From assembly GCA_001687465.1 (NCBI GenBank), contig LVLI01000172.1, positions 186,001 through 250,000 of the forward strand: a stretch of 64,000 bases of DNA. The letters are read 5' to 3'. Below the pieces are notes generated by a model. The model was not told where the DNA came from, made no database searches, and was given only the letters and a program-made list of their open reading frames with translations. Below are positions 50,474 through 61,429 of this stretch, piece by piece. The translations under genes and the position numbers were made by a program. The DNA comes from Halocafeteria seosinensis (taxonomy: Eukaryota). The number at the start of each line of letters is the position of its first letter. The stretch's first letter is position 1.

Positions 50474-53400
50474 ATGGATGTGAGCTTCGGCTCAGATCGG
50501 TCTGCGACCGTTAGAGGAGGTGGTGGTGGAGGGGGACCAGGGCACTACACCTCTCATCCTGGTCCCCTCGGATCCTCTCAAGGTCCTCGACAACCCCAGG
50601 AGCAGTCGCCTTACATTCGTGAAGGAAACACGAAATTCCAGTCTGGAGTGGCTTCCGGTCATGCTTCATGGGGAATTCCTCCCAGACCATCGGAACCTCA
50701 TTTGAATACCGCACATGTATGATATGAACCAAGTGTTTTCCTAGCTCCACTTTCATGACTTTCGCCCCCCTTTTTTTGTCCTGCAACAGAAAGAGAAGTC
50801 CCAGTCCCAACGAAGACCAAGTGGTGAGGATGACCGAAATGAATTGGAACACCAACAGCAGTGGTACATGCAAAACGAAAGGCCTCAGAAAAAAGTGCAC
50901 ACTCGACCGGGGTTTGAGGAAGGTCCACACACGGAAGCACGTACAGTTATGCCTCAGTTCAACTCGCACAAACGAGACCTAGTCGAGCCTGAGTACAATG
51001 ACTCCCTGTATCGGGAACGCTTCGAAGCGTTACGCGCAGCATACGAATCAAGGATTCATTCACTAGCCAGCAAGGTAAGGCACGCGGTACTCTTTAAAGG
51101 TATATGTCTATGGAGACTTATGTATGGCTTGAATCCTACAGCTGGAAGAGTCCCTGCACAAGGTTTACGCTGATGAAGGGATTCCAACAATGAAACGGGA
51201 CGATAGCTCATCGCAATTTGTACAAGTAAGTATCGAGCGGTGTAAAGCACCTTATGCTACCACTTCAGCATAGAATTCCTGTTTAAATGGCAGGATAGGA
51301 TTCATGAAATTATTGTAGAAGCATTCCATGATGAAAAAGAAAATGTGATTAGTCGCTTGATGGAGTCCAATGCAAACAAGGAAAGCCACATAGCCGGTCT
51401 GGAACAGTAAGTATAGGAGCTGTGTTAGATTCTCGAAACTTCTTCCTCCAAATTTGCATCATCTTTCAGAGAATTGGATGGGTTCAGAATGAAGTACCAT
51501 AGAGATTCGGCGCGACATGAACAAGAGAAACAACATTGGGAGGTAACTACCTCTGAGTCGTACGACCGACTGTTGGAAACGCAGAGACAAACTGAACGAC
51601 AACTTAGTGCCACCGTTGAAGAACTAAACGAAGCGAAGCGGCAGTCTTCAAAATACTATAGCGATAAGGAGTATTGGCGACAACAGTGCAATCACCTCGA
51701 GGCCCGCCTCCAACATGTTCGAGAGAGTGCAGACAACGTATCTTCCACTCATAAAGATACCTTCCAGAGAGAATACAACATGCAGCAGCATATCAAGCAA
51801 CTACAAGCTCAATTGAAAAGAGAACAAAAGAACCATGAGGTCACTGCCTCGAAATTTGATGAGGCTTTGTCGACCGCGGAAGAACTTGAGCAAAGGGTGA
51901 GAGAGAAGGACAGTAGGGACTCAGAGCTAAGTGAAGCCGTGCATGAACGAAACAAACTTCGAGGTGAGAACAAGAACCTCCGTTACCGACTTGAAGAGTG
52001 GTGAGTATCCAACAGTAGTTTGGGTTGATATATTCGGTAATGTTAGTTGCTCGTGTCATACAGGCAAAAGGATTATTGTGCTTTGCAACAAGAACTATCG
52101 GATACACAGAAGCAACTAAGGGATGTGGAGCAAGCTCGGGATCAGCTACAGAGTCGGTACATTGATATGGGTAGTCGTGTCGAACAATTAGCAAATTCTG
52201 AAACCCATAGAAAGCGACAATATGTGGAGCAACTAAACGAGCAACTACACGAAACCCAGCAGGCGAAACAGGACCTAGAACTGCAGGTGGAGGAACAAAA
52301 CGCAAAGTTGCAACGTATGGACGCAGATGTTAAGAGGAAAACAGAGCAACTCAACAGTCTTCAAGATGAGAAAGCTGATCTGACTTCTAGGCTCGAAGAG
52401 TCGAAGGAGCTTACGCGAAAGCTGGAACAGTTGAACGAGGAAAATGCTTCACACAAGGAAAGGGAGTCCCAATTGCAAGCAAGGTGCAATGATCTGTCAC
52501 AACGACTGTCTGACAGTCAATATGCCCTCTCTGAAGCTAAAGTTTCCCACCAGCAAGAGCTTCTGAACTTACGCAGCGAACTCGACCAAGAGAAGGATGA
52601 CTTGCGATCCCAGCTTCATGAAAAGTATGATACATTGTTGAAGGATACAACTAAAAGTCTGGAACAGCAGATTTCTGAATTAGCGGCGGCCCGAGATGCG
52701 GCGTTGGAGAAAGCCAGTAACGCCATTGGGACGGAGCAGCATCGCTCTGAGATAGAGCAAGTACGGAGGGAGGAGCAAGAACGTATAAGTAACACGTACG
52801 AAGAAACACTACATCATGAAAGGGAGGTGTCAAGAAAAGAAGTAGGTGTTCTAAAGGAACAACTGGGTGGCTTACGAGACAGTAACGAGCGGTTGCATCA
52901 GCAACTCAACGAAGCACAAGCATCGGCTCGAACATATCAACAGGAGAACAAAAACATGAAGGAGAGGCTCAATGAGGTAGAGCGCCAATTAGAAGAGACG
53001 GACACCCAATTGGAGGAGGAGAGAAACCGCCATCAGCAGCTACAGGAACAACTGCGATACAAGGAGAGAGATGTGAACGAAAAAGAAGCCCAAGCTGATC
53101 TACTTACGCATGACGAATTCGAGAAAAAAGTTAGCGAATTGGAGAGTCTTCAGCAACAAGTAGGGGACTATCAAGTGGAGATGCATAACGTGGAACAAGA
53201 CCGCAAGAAATGGAGGACCTCCTATGAACAGATTCATAGCCTTTATGAAAACGCGAGAGAGGAGAATTCCTCTCTGCATCAGAAGTTCAGTGACTTAGAG
53301 GAAAAGTGCAATCATCAGACAGACCTTATAGAAACGCTTCGAACAGAGCTGTCGGAAAAATCAGCTGAAACTCGTAGAGCAATGTCGCAGATGGAAATCG

Positions 53401-55445
53401 TCAATTCCGAAAAATCACGGCTTGAGCGAGAGGTAAAAGACAAACAGGAAAAGCTCGAACAGGCTACGGCTAAGCTTAGTGACTACGACACTAAACTTCA
53501 TACAAACACTTTCGATTCATATAAATGGATAGTTGGCGAAGTTGCTCGCTTAAGATCTCAATTCGACGCATTACGCAAGTCAGCAGAGGACGAGTTAGAG
53601 TTCTATCAAGGATTCTGCTCAAATCAGTTTACTGCTATTTTGCGGAACCAGCCAGCTATCGAACACAAAGCAGTCTACAAAAAGGCGAAGCAGATGCTTG
53701 ATCAGTGGCGAGAAGAAGAAGCTTGGAGAAAGGAGATGCAAGTTTCCCATGCAGTGCAGCGGGAGAAAGAGCAGTTTACCAGGGAAAAGGAAGAACTCAA
53801 AGAACAACTTGAGCATCTGAAAGCAGAAAACGACAAGTTATCAGTTAGTCATAATTTTCTGCAGCAGCGTATAATGAACTGTATTCGATCTGCTAATAGG
53901 TGGTTGTCGCAAGAATCACAAGTTTCTGAAGACCATACAGATCCGGAGTGCTCTATTGAGCTTTTGGAGGGTGCAACTGGCAGCCTATGTCGAATACTGG
54001 AGAGTTATGAACATCATAATTCTCAGATGCAAGGAGACTATGAGCATTTAACTGAAGAGCTGAAGAAGTATGAATCATCCACCGCAGCTTATGAAGAAAG
54101 ATTGCAGAGTCTGGCACATACTATCTCATCAGTATGCTCTTTACCGCACCAGGCTATGTACGCGTTGACTGAAGCGTCGACCGAAGAATCGTTCAACCAG
54201 GAGCTGCATCAGATCTCCTTGAATCTCTCGGAGAAAATGAAGAACGGCGAATCAACTAATGCCCAACTCCAAGAGCATGTTTCTCAACTGCAGTCTCAAT
54301 TGGAAAGCTATAGATCAACGTTAGCTGCTGAAAGAGAGGAACTGAACAAAACCCGAGAGCAGTTGTTTGAATCAGAAAGGTACGCTGCTAAGATCCAAGT
54401 CGAACTTTCAGAAACCAAGTCCAACTTGGAAACTTCCAATGCACGAATCGAAGCATTGAAGAAGAGTGTAGAAGAAAAGGATACACGTATCAATAAGATT
54501 CAAGAAGAACTCAAAGAAGAATATGGGCAGAAGATCGAGCGCCTAGAAGAATCCTTAAATGAAGAGCGGGAACAGCATGAGAATACGAAACAAAAGATGC
54601 ATTCTCAGAGCTCCATGAGCAAAGAAGATATAGACAAGCAGGTAGAAGAGATGGTGCAGCAGAAGTCTGAGCATTTTAAGTCGCAATTAGAGGAGACAAA
54701 GCGCAGATTGGATCGCTCCAATAGTAAGACACACAAGTTAAGGGAAGAGTTACTGAAAACTGCGAGGGATGCTGATGAGACAATTACTCAGGAGCGTTAT
54801 TTGAGAGAAGAAAAAGAAAGAGAACTCAAGAGTGCAAAGTCAAAGTTGATGAGGACAATTACCAAACTAAAAGAAAAGGATGAGAAACTTTCTAACTTGA
54901 AGGAATCACTTCATACCATTAGGTCCAGACTACGCACATACCAGGAAAGCAGTGATCAACTAGCATCGAGTAACAGCTCTCAAGGAAGGACTATCGGCAG
55001 TTTGCAGGCAATTTTGCAACGAAGTTTAGACACTCTCTCTCCCGAGAATATAAATTCTGCACAACAGTTAAGCGAAAACACTGAAAGGTTAAAGAGTAAA
55101 GTATACCGACAACCCCGCAACGGTCGACGAACATCTGGTCATTCAAGAAGGTCAAGCGCTAGTATTCGAAGAGGAAGTCAGGAAAGTGACTCGACCGGCT
55201 TTCTAAAGAGCCTGGGCGAGAAGGATTCCACACATACTTCTTCAAACAGACCCTTGGAGGAATCTCGGTATAGTCATGACAATGCTCAAGGAAACACTGC
55301 AGGCATGGAGGCTCGCACGTTCACCTCCCAGCTTCCCGAGGAAGCACTAAGATCGACGAACTCAGAGTCCTTTATAACAGATAGCACTATCCCCGCTGAG
55401 CATCACCAGGAAAGTGCGGGCAGTTTGTCGGAAGGGGAGTTATGA
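50474..55445 (+). CDS. Large coiled-coil protein (~1,500 aa), multi-exon, function unknown
   Basis: Colinear ORFs joined by short GT-AG introns; long E/Q/K/L heptad-rich sequence. Confidence 0.85.
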
Positions 55446-55929
55446 AGCGATGTCCCGCCTTAAACAATGGACGGGCAATGTTCATACCCATGCTGTGATT
55501 TCTTTTTCACACTATAATCTTTATCCTCTACTGCAATTGGAGGCTGTACGACGCATCCGCAGCGTAGCATATACGGTGAATGTCATGATATTGTATGAAT
55601 TGACATGCAAGTGGATAGGGTATTTGGTAACAGTTTGGTGAGTGCGGAAGCATTTGCAGTTGACTAGGAGGCTACAGAGTAATCAGTAGCTTTTCTTCCT
55701 CCATAGAAAGAATGTCTACAATTTTTTCTTCTCACCCGATGTATGACGATCGTCGGTATTTTGTTCTGGGTAATGTGCCTTAGTCTACACACGCGTTATT
55801 TTGGTGTCCGAACTCATCCAGCGCAAGAAAGTTTAGTTGACAGAGAAACACTTTTGGACAAATTTTAGGAGTCTGCTGTGCCGTTTCCGTGCGGGTCGGG
55901 GACTTGCAGCGAAAGCCAATATGAGTTTC

Positions 55930-56707
55930 TTAATTTTCCCCGTGGTGGGTATCATCATTGTCATTGAGGTCCTCTTGCTCGAGGGCTTCCGAGAATATAT
56001 CCTCGCTTTCTTCGAGGGACGGAAAGAGCGGAGATTTTTCATTTGTCTCTGACACATTAGGCATATCTCTTGGGGACGCATTTAGCTCGCTCACTTGCTG
56101 CGGGATATTACCATCTGTAACAACTACGCATAGCTCCTAAGTACGTGTGTCGCTTACTGGCTGCGGAAGGTTGACTTCCGTAGTTATCCCGCAAAGATGA
56201 AGTGCGCTATTTGAGAATGTGTCTTCCATCGTGGTGGCCATCAACTGGCTGGGCTCCCATGCAACATTCGTAGAGGCGTTTAATCCATCTGTGGAAGCCA
56301 ACCAGTTAGTAACTGTAGCTGTTGTTTCAGTGGGAGTTGGTTCCTGGTTAATGGTTTCACTCCGGGGTTGGGTGGAAGCGAGAACCCAGTCTACCAAAGA
56401 AATGTCGCTCCGGGAGTTGTCAGGAAGCGTCTTTGCCTCCTTGCATTGATCATCAATATGGTCTTGAATTTCCCGCCGTCGCTTTTCACTACGCGACGGC
56501 TGATCCACGCATCGGGATGGAGTCCCCTTAACCTGGCACCGCTGCTACGAAAAAATGAAAGCATTAAAGATGATACCCTCCCGTCCACCCATTGTTTTAC
56601 GCACTTACCTTGCAGGGGCGAAATTCGTCACACTTTTGCTTACTTTTTGCACATGGAACACATGCCTTCCTCACTCGCTTCGAGGGCTCCCGCGAAACCG
56701 TCGCCAT
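55930..56707 (-). CDS. Zn(II)2Cys6 binuclear-cluster transcription factor, copy A (intron 56542-56608; in-frame TAG at 56137-56139, possibly a pseudogene)
   Basis: Spliced: MATVSREPSKRVRKACVPCAKSKQKCDEFRPCK|RCQVKGTPSRCVD, a C-x2-C-x6-C-x5-C-x2-C-x8-C pattern. The same frame continues past the TAG into an acidic stretch ending at TAA 55930-55932. Confidence 0.8.
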
Positions 56708-57296
56708 GAACTTGAAGAGAATAATAGGCTAAGAACCTGCAGTGTCGATTTTCATCGTTGAATTGGGAATAAGATTCAACTCAATGCAAAATTGCTCGTT
56801 CATACCGGATACGACGACGTTCTCCTCGAAAGGGATTTTCCGCTTTCTTGCACTTACCTGGTAGAGGAGTGTTATCTGGATTACCCCGTATTACTCGGAG
56901 CCAGCACTAATAATTGTAACTACAAGCCAACGTGTACCCAGAAGCAGTAACCATGAATGGCTTCAAGACATGGCACTATCAACACAGTTGTGTGCTTCTA
57001 TTATGTTCCTGCTGGCTTCAAGTGGGGCTTCCAATCTGGCTGTTACGTTCTCCGGGACTCCCGTTCCTTCTCCGGGACCCGGTTCTCGCAACGGGATATT
57101 CGATCGAGCGACCGAAAACACTCTTTTTTATACCTGTATCTGCCAACATCATGGCAAGAACCCGAAAGCACAGTTTACCAGAGGTGGGGAGCACGGAAAA
57201 GGAGACAACTCCGGGGCGACCTTCGACTGAGGTCATACTGTGTGTTCAGGAGGGAGTTGGACTTGACGAACCGAACTGAGTGCTGGTGTCTACTGG

Positions 57297-57404
57297 TACC
57301 TAGTTATCCCTTAACAACAGGGAGGGATCCGGACTCCCTATAAACTCGCTAGGGGAGTATTTCCCTATAGCCACATGAAAAAACAATATATACCTAGTTA
57401 TCCC
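57297..57404. mobile_element. 80-nt hairpin-rich insertion flanked by a 14-nt direct repeat (TSD)
   Basis: tacctagttatccc at 57297-57310 and 57391-57404. Confidence 0.55.
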
Positions 57405-57613
57405 AATTTCGAGAGAGGCGTGGTCGCCGTCCGCACGGCAATTGTACCATAAATCAAGTTTGTGTTGAGACTCTTGCCAACTTGAGACATTGCATGACAT
57501 TAGTTTATGATGTTCTATTCAGGTGAGTAGTGCCTGGGAGAAGCATGGCTTTGGAATCTCGTTGTACCCACTGAGCAGGATACATCAACTGTGCTATCGG
57601 TTCTTCCCTGTGA

Positions 57614-58322
57614 CTACGGAGAGAAATAGTCTACCAATTCACCGGCAAATTCTTCAGCAGGATTTGTCTCTTCTGTTTCCGTAGCTTCAGGTTCGGGAAC
57701 CTCAGCAGCAGTATTGGATACTTCGCCCCCACCCAGATCGTCTTCCAAAAGGTCCTTGAAAGCTTTTACATCTTCCTTCTCCTCCACCATAATTGCCACT
57801 ATTTTGCCGAGAGGTACATCCGGTGTTCCTTCGGGGACTAAAATTTTAGCCAAATACCCTTCCTCTTGCCATTCACAGTCCACTGTGTGTAGGGTAGCTT
57901 TATCTGTTTCCACTTCGGCCAAGATATCCCCCGGGTTCAATGCATCACCTTCCTGTTTATTCCATTTCGCCAATGTACCCTTCTCCATCGTCTGCACTCA
58001 CAAAACACAAATACCTATGAGGGTGGTACCAAAAAATATGATTCTTAGATGGCAACGAACTTACAGGAGACAATCGAGGCATCTGAATCGGGGAATACTC
58101 TGGATATTCCCCTCCAGCAGATGCTGCCGCCGCAGCGGCGGCAGCTGACAAACGTCTTGCTCCAGCAGGATGCACGGGAATCGGTGAATAAAATTTGGGT
58201 GTCCTTGTATAGGAGGGAATAGATGACATTATCCTGCTCCAATAGGAAGTTGCTTCAAGAAAAGAGGCTGTCCTCGTTTTAGGGCCTTTATGAAGGCCAT
58301 GACGTCGTATAATCATCATCAT
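57614..58322 (-). pseudogene. Truncated pyruvate dehydrogenase E2 (DLAT-like): single lipoyl domain plus linker only
   Basis: EYPEYSPIQMPRLSP|TMEKGTLAKWNKQEGD...AEVETDKAT. There is an aberrant 3-aa insertion (LHT) after the lipoyl Lys, a stop at 57614, and no E1/E3-binding or catalytic domain downstream. The 5' exon structure is irregular. Confidence 0.65.
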
Positions 58323-58389
58323 TGCAGTATTGTTATTGTGTAGGTGTTAATCCGTCATAGATGTCAATCCGGTTTCAGAAGAGTGAAAT

Positions 58390-59661
58390 ATGGAGGAGAT
58401 AACGTGGTGGGGGAAAAAACCCCATGCTCGATATCTCAAGTATATCTTGCATAAAGGCTTAGGCTCCCATGGCATGTCTTTGGATACCCAAAAGCTCCCC
58501 ATTGTACGTAGTACAATGATTGGGACGGTTCGCTTAGGTTGGACCTCACATTTAGGTTGTTTGCAGGCTATGTTTACGGTCACGGGACTTCAGATATTAG
58601 GAGAGAAGGAGGAGGAAGATACCTCCATACCAAGGCTTTCTGCTCAAGAGAAAGCCACTATTATTAATTGGATTTACGTGCTTCAGACTCCTCGAATCGA
58701 TGAGGATGAAGAGGGCAATGGATACTGTGGGTTTGAAACGGGGAATTCAATTTCTCACCCGGACAAAAATCTGCTGGCAACTCCCTCTATGGCCAGTACC
58801 TTCTCGGCGTTGGCTCTGTTGAAAGCATTAGGCGATGATTTCTCGCGCGTGGACAAGCAGGGAATTTTGAACTTTGCTTCGAAGTGTCAACGTGAAGATG
58901 GAAGCTTCTCTAGTTTTGCAACACCCAGTGAGGAGGATCTCCGGTTTACATTTAGTGCTATTGCTTCATGCTATATCTTGCGTGACTTTTCGACAATTGA
59001 TATTGAAAAGGCGGTGAAACATATAGCGCAGTGTCAGGTATGTTTCTGCTTTTTGTGTCTGACATGTGACTTACTAGGCGAACCGCGTGGTCTCTTGCCC
59101 AGACGTATGAAGGTGGATTTGGCATTGCACCCTGGTGCGAGGCGCACGGGGGGTCTACATTTTGTGCGGTGGCTGCTCTGAAATTGATGGATACGACGTT
59201 TGAAGAAAAAGAGGAAACGAATAGCAAATTTATTGAATCGTGCCTTGGGCGGAAACAATCAAACAGACTGATACGTTGGCTGCTTGCACGGCAAGTAGCG
59301 GGGCAGACAGGAGGCTACAATGGCAGAACGAATAAGCCTCCAGATTCTTGTTATTCGTTTTGGGTGGGCGCCACTATCGATATCCTTGGACTCACAGAAT
59401 TGGTTGACGCGGAATTTATACTTAAGTGGGTATTTCTATGTCAAGATGACGCGCAAGGTACGCTTAGCATTATGTTGTAGCTATCTTGGTATTATGGGTG
59501 GAGCTGTTTCCATGAATGCAGGAGGAATAGGGAAGGATGATGAAGCACAGAGCGATCCTTTACACACCTGCCATTCGCTAAGTGGTCTATCTTTGCTCGA
59601 ATTCAATACCTTGAGCGAGATTGATGCCTGCCTCAGCATAATTAAGTCCTGCGAACATTAA
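58390..59661 (+). CDS. PGGT1B: Geranylgeranyltransferase type-I beta subunit; 4 exons
   Basis: ASTFSALALLKALGDDFSRVDK, CQREDGSF, EEDLRFTFSA, Q|TYEGGFG...EAHGGSTFCAVAAL, GYNGRTNKPPDSCYSFWVG, DPLHT. Confidence 0.93.
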
Positions 59662-59662
59662 G

Positions 59663-60394
59663 TCAGGGATCCTCGGCATTTGTTGGCTCTCTCCAGTCTT
59701 CGGAGTACGTAGCCAAACGGGATACTTCGAACTCAAGATCGGTAAACGGGGAATCAACGGCTCTGTTGAGAGAAGAAAAATGCGTACCTCCGTGCTCATC
59801 TGGCTCTGGGAATATTGTGCTGTAGAAAGAACTGCCCTCCTCCATACCCGTCCACTGCGCGGCGTCGCCGACCAGGAACTCTTCCTCATTGTATGGGCTA
59901 CCCGTAAAGGAAACGTGCTCTCGTATGGTACTTCTTACTTGTTTCATGCTTGGAGCATCGTCCGCACTTCCTTGCCCTAAGGACTCCATGTTTGCCGAGG
60001 TCGTTGACTCACCGGTGGACGTACCGGCGGATGAGTGAGGTCGAGTAGAAGCAAGAATCCAGTCCACTAGTGAAATACCGCTCTCACATGATCTGTTGTC
60101 AGGCAGAGTTCTAGAACTCTTGAATGGATTACCCAGTTGTTCTTCGTTGGCTCGGCGGCGCTTCTCCATTCGTGAGAGTTCGTCTACGCACTCTGAGGGG
60201 ATACCTTTCCTGACACATCTCTGCAAGGGCATAGAGACATTGCTCATTCTTGTGCCATGTTAGCCGAAAACAACACCCACTTGACAAGGACGTGCTTCGT
60301 CGCATTTCGTTTTGCTCTTCGAGCAAGGTTTACAAGCCTTTTGCACCCTTTTCGAGCTTGTAACGTTCCGGATGTCTCGTGCCACTGTCGACAT
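59663..60394 (-). CDS. Zn(II)2Cys6 binuclear-cluster transcription factor, copy B (223 aa; intron 60221-60280)
   Basis: Spliced: MSTVARDIRNVTSSKRVQKACKPCSKSKTKCDEARPCQ|RCVRKGIPSECVD, followed by an acidic C-terminus. It is a paralog of the 56.7-kb gene with the intron at the same position. Confidence 0.88.
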
Positions 60395-61305
60395 TGCGAG
60401 ATACCCGACAAGTTTTTACTGCAAAGATTGGTATATGAGTTCATTTGAAGCATAAGTGGCTAAATGCATTGGAATGATACTGGTGAAGAGCGTAGAATAA
60501 TGTTCTGCATACCTGTTCGGGGAGCCCGATCCGACACTCACTCCAAGGTCCCAAACTGCGAACTAACTTGCGCTTTGTGAGCGCAACCATAGCTAACGGA
60601 TGAGTGAAAGTGACTAACGTTTGACGGCCAGGGAGGGCATATGTACTCGGGACACTGTCAATCCACGTTATTTTATATGTTCTTGAAGTACACGGAGATA
60701 ACGAGGTCTGGTGAGTCAACTTGCGTACTCTCGCTGTGACGTGGCACGCAAAAAATCGATACGAATGGGTATCTCCATCTACAGAGGTTTCCTTGGATCA
60801 CTGAATAAACAATAATACAGTTGGCAGAAGGCTTATGTCGCATAACACTCTACAACATTGTAAGACAAGGAAGTGTTCGTGTGTCATAGACCTTGACTCA
60901 GTGTAGCCGAGCCCTCGCAGAACAACGTTGATATTGCCTGCTGCAGCAGCACTAGTGTGGCGGTATTCGAGAGAGACGAAGGCATTATACGTAGTTTTAT
61001 CGTGGTTTTTATTCTTATCTCCAACTCGGAGCGATGTTTGCAGAGTTGTTTCGCACATTCGCCGCCCATACACCCGGTGCGGTATGACGTGGCAGTAGAA
61101 ACGCGTGCAGCCGGGTGTGCGTTGAGTGTTGACTCACCACTGGTGAGGAGAGAAAACCCGACAAGAAAGTCTGCGAGGCTAGAGTTCGCGTGATTCAGCA
61201 TCTATTCCTGTGTTCCTGTGAGTAGCTGTTCGTCTTTATACTGGAAGAGATTCTCCCTAGTGGCCGAATCCGACCACCATCCTTTGAGCTTGGTGAAATG
61301 ATGAC

Positions 61306-61429
61306 GGCGCATGTCAGCAAGGCTGCAGGAACAGCGGGCCCGTCGCTGCTTAACACGGCGCATACCGCTCCTCGTTAAGAGGATGCGGTCAACTTCCCGG
61401 CCGGTGGGCTATCTGTCACATTTGTGTGT
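61306..61429 (+). mobile_element. Short non-LTR retroelement (SINE or 5'-truncated LINE) with 3' stem-loop and (TG)n tail
   Basis: Perfect 13-nt TSD gtgaaatgatgac (61293-61305 and 61430-61442). Hairpin ccgc-tcctc-gttaa-gagga-t-gcgg. The 3' ~45 nt are shared with copies at 4.3 and 4.75 kb. Confidence 0.75.

Noticed and set aside
56137..56139. Genome-wide TAG reassignment
   Set aside because: TAG terminates DHCR24 and the LRR gene at expected positions, and the 6,031-codon ORF contains no TAG.
56851..56900. acttacctgg resembling the 5' end of U1 snRNA
   Set aside because: No U1 stem-loops or Sm site follow. It is the reverse complement of a 5' splice site (CAG|GTAAGT), probably of a 5'-UTR intron of Zn2Cys6-A.
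61065..61120. SECIS or hammerhead candidate (atga...gaaa in a hairpin)
   Set aside because: Lacks the opposing GA of the SECIS core and the CUGANGA hammerhead core, and no Sec-containing ORF was seen upstream.
61350..61400. HDV-like ribozyme (tcctcg loop after ggcgcat)
   Set aside because: P3 cannot form and P1 has a mismatch; a simple hairpin fits better.
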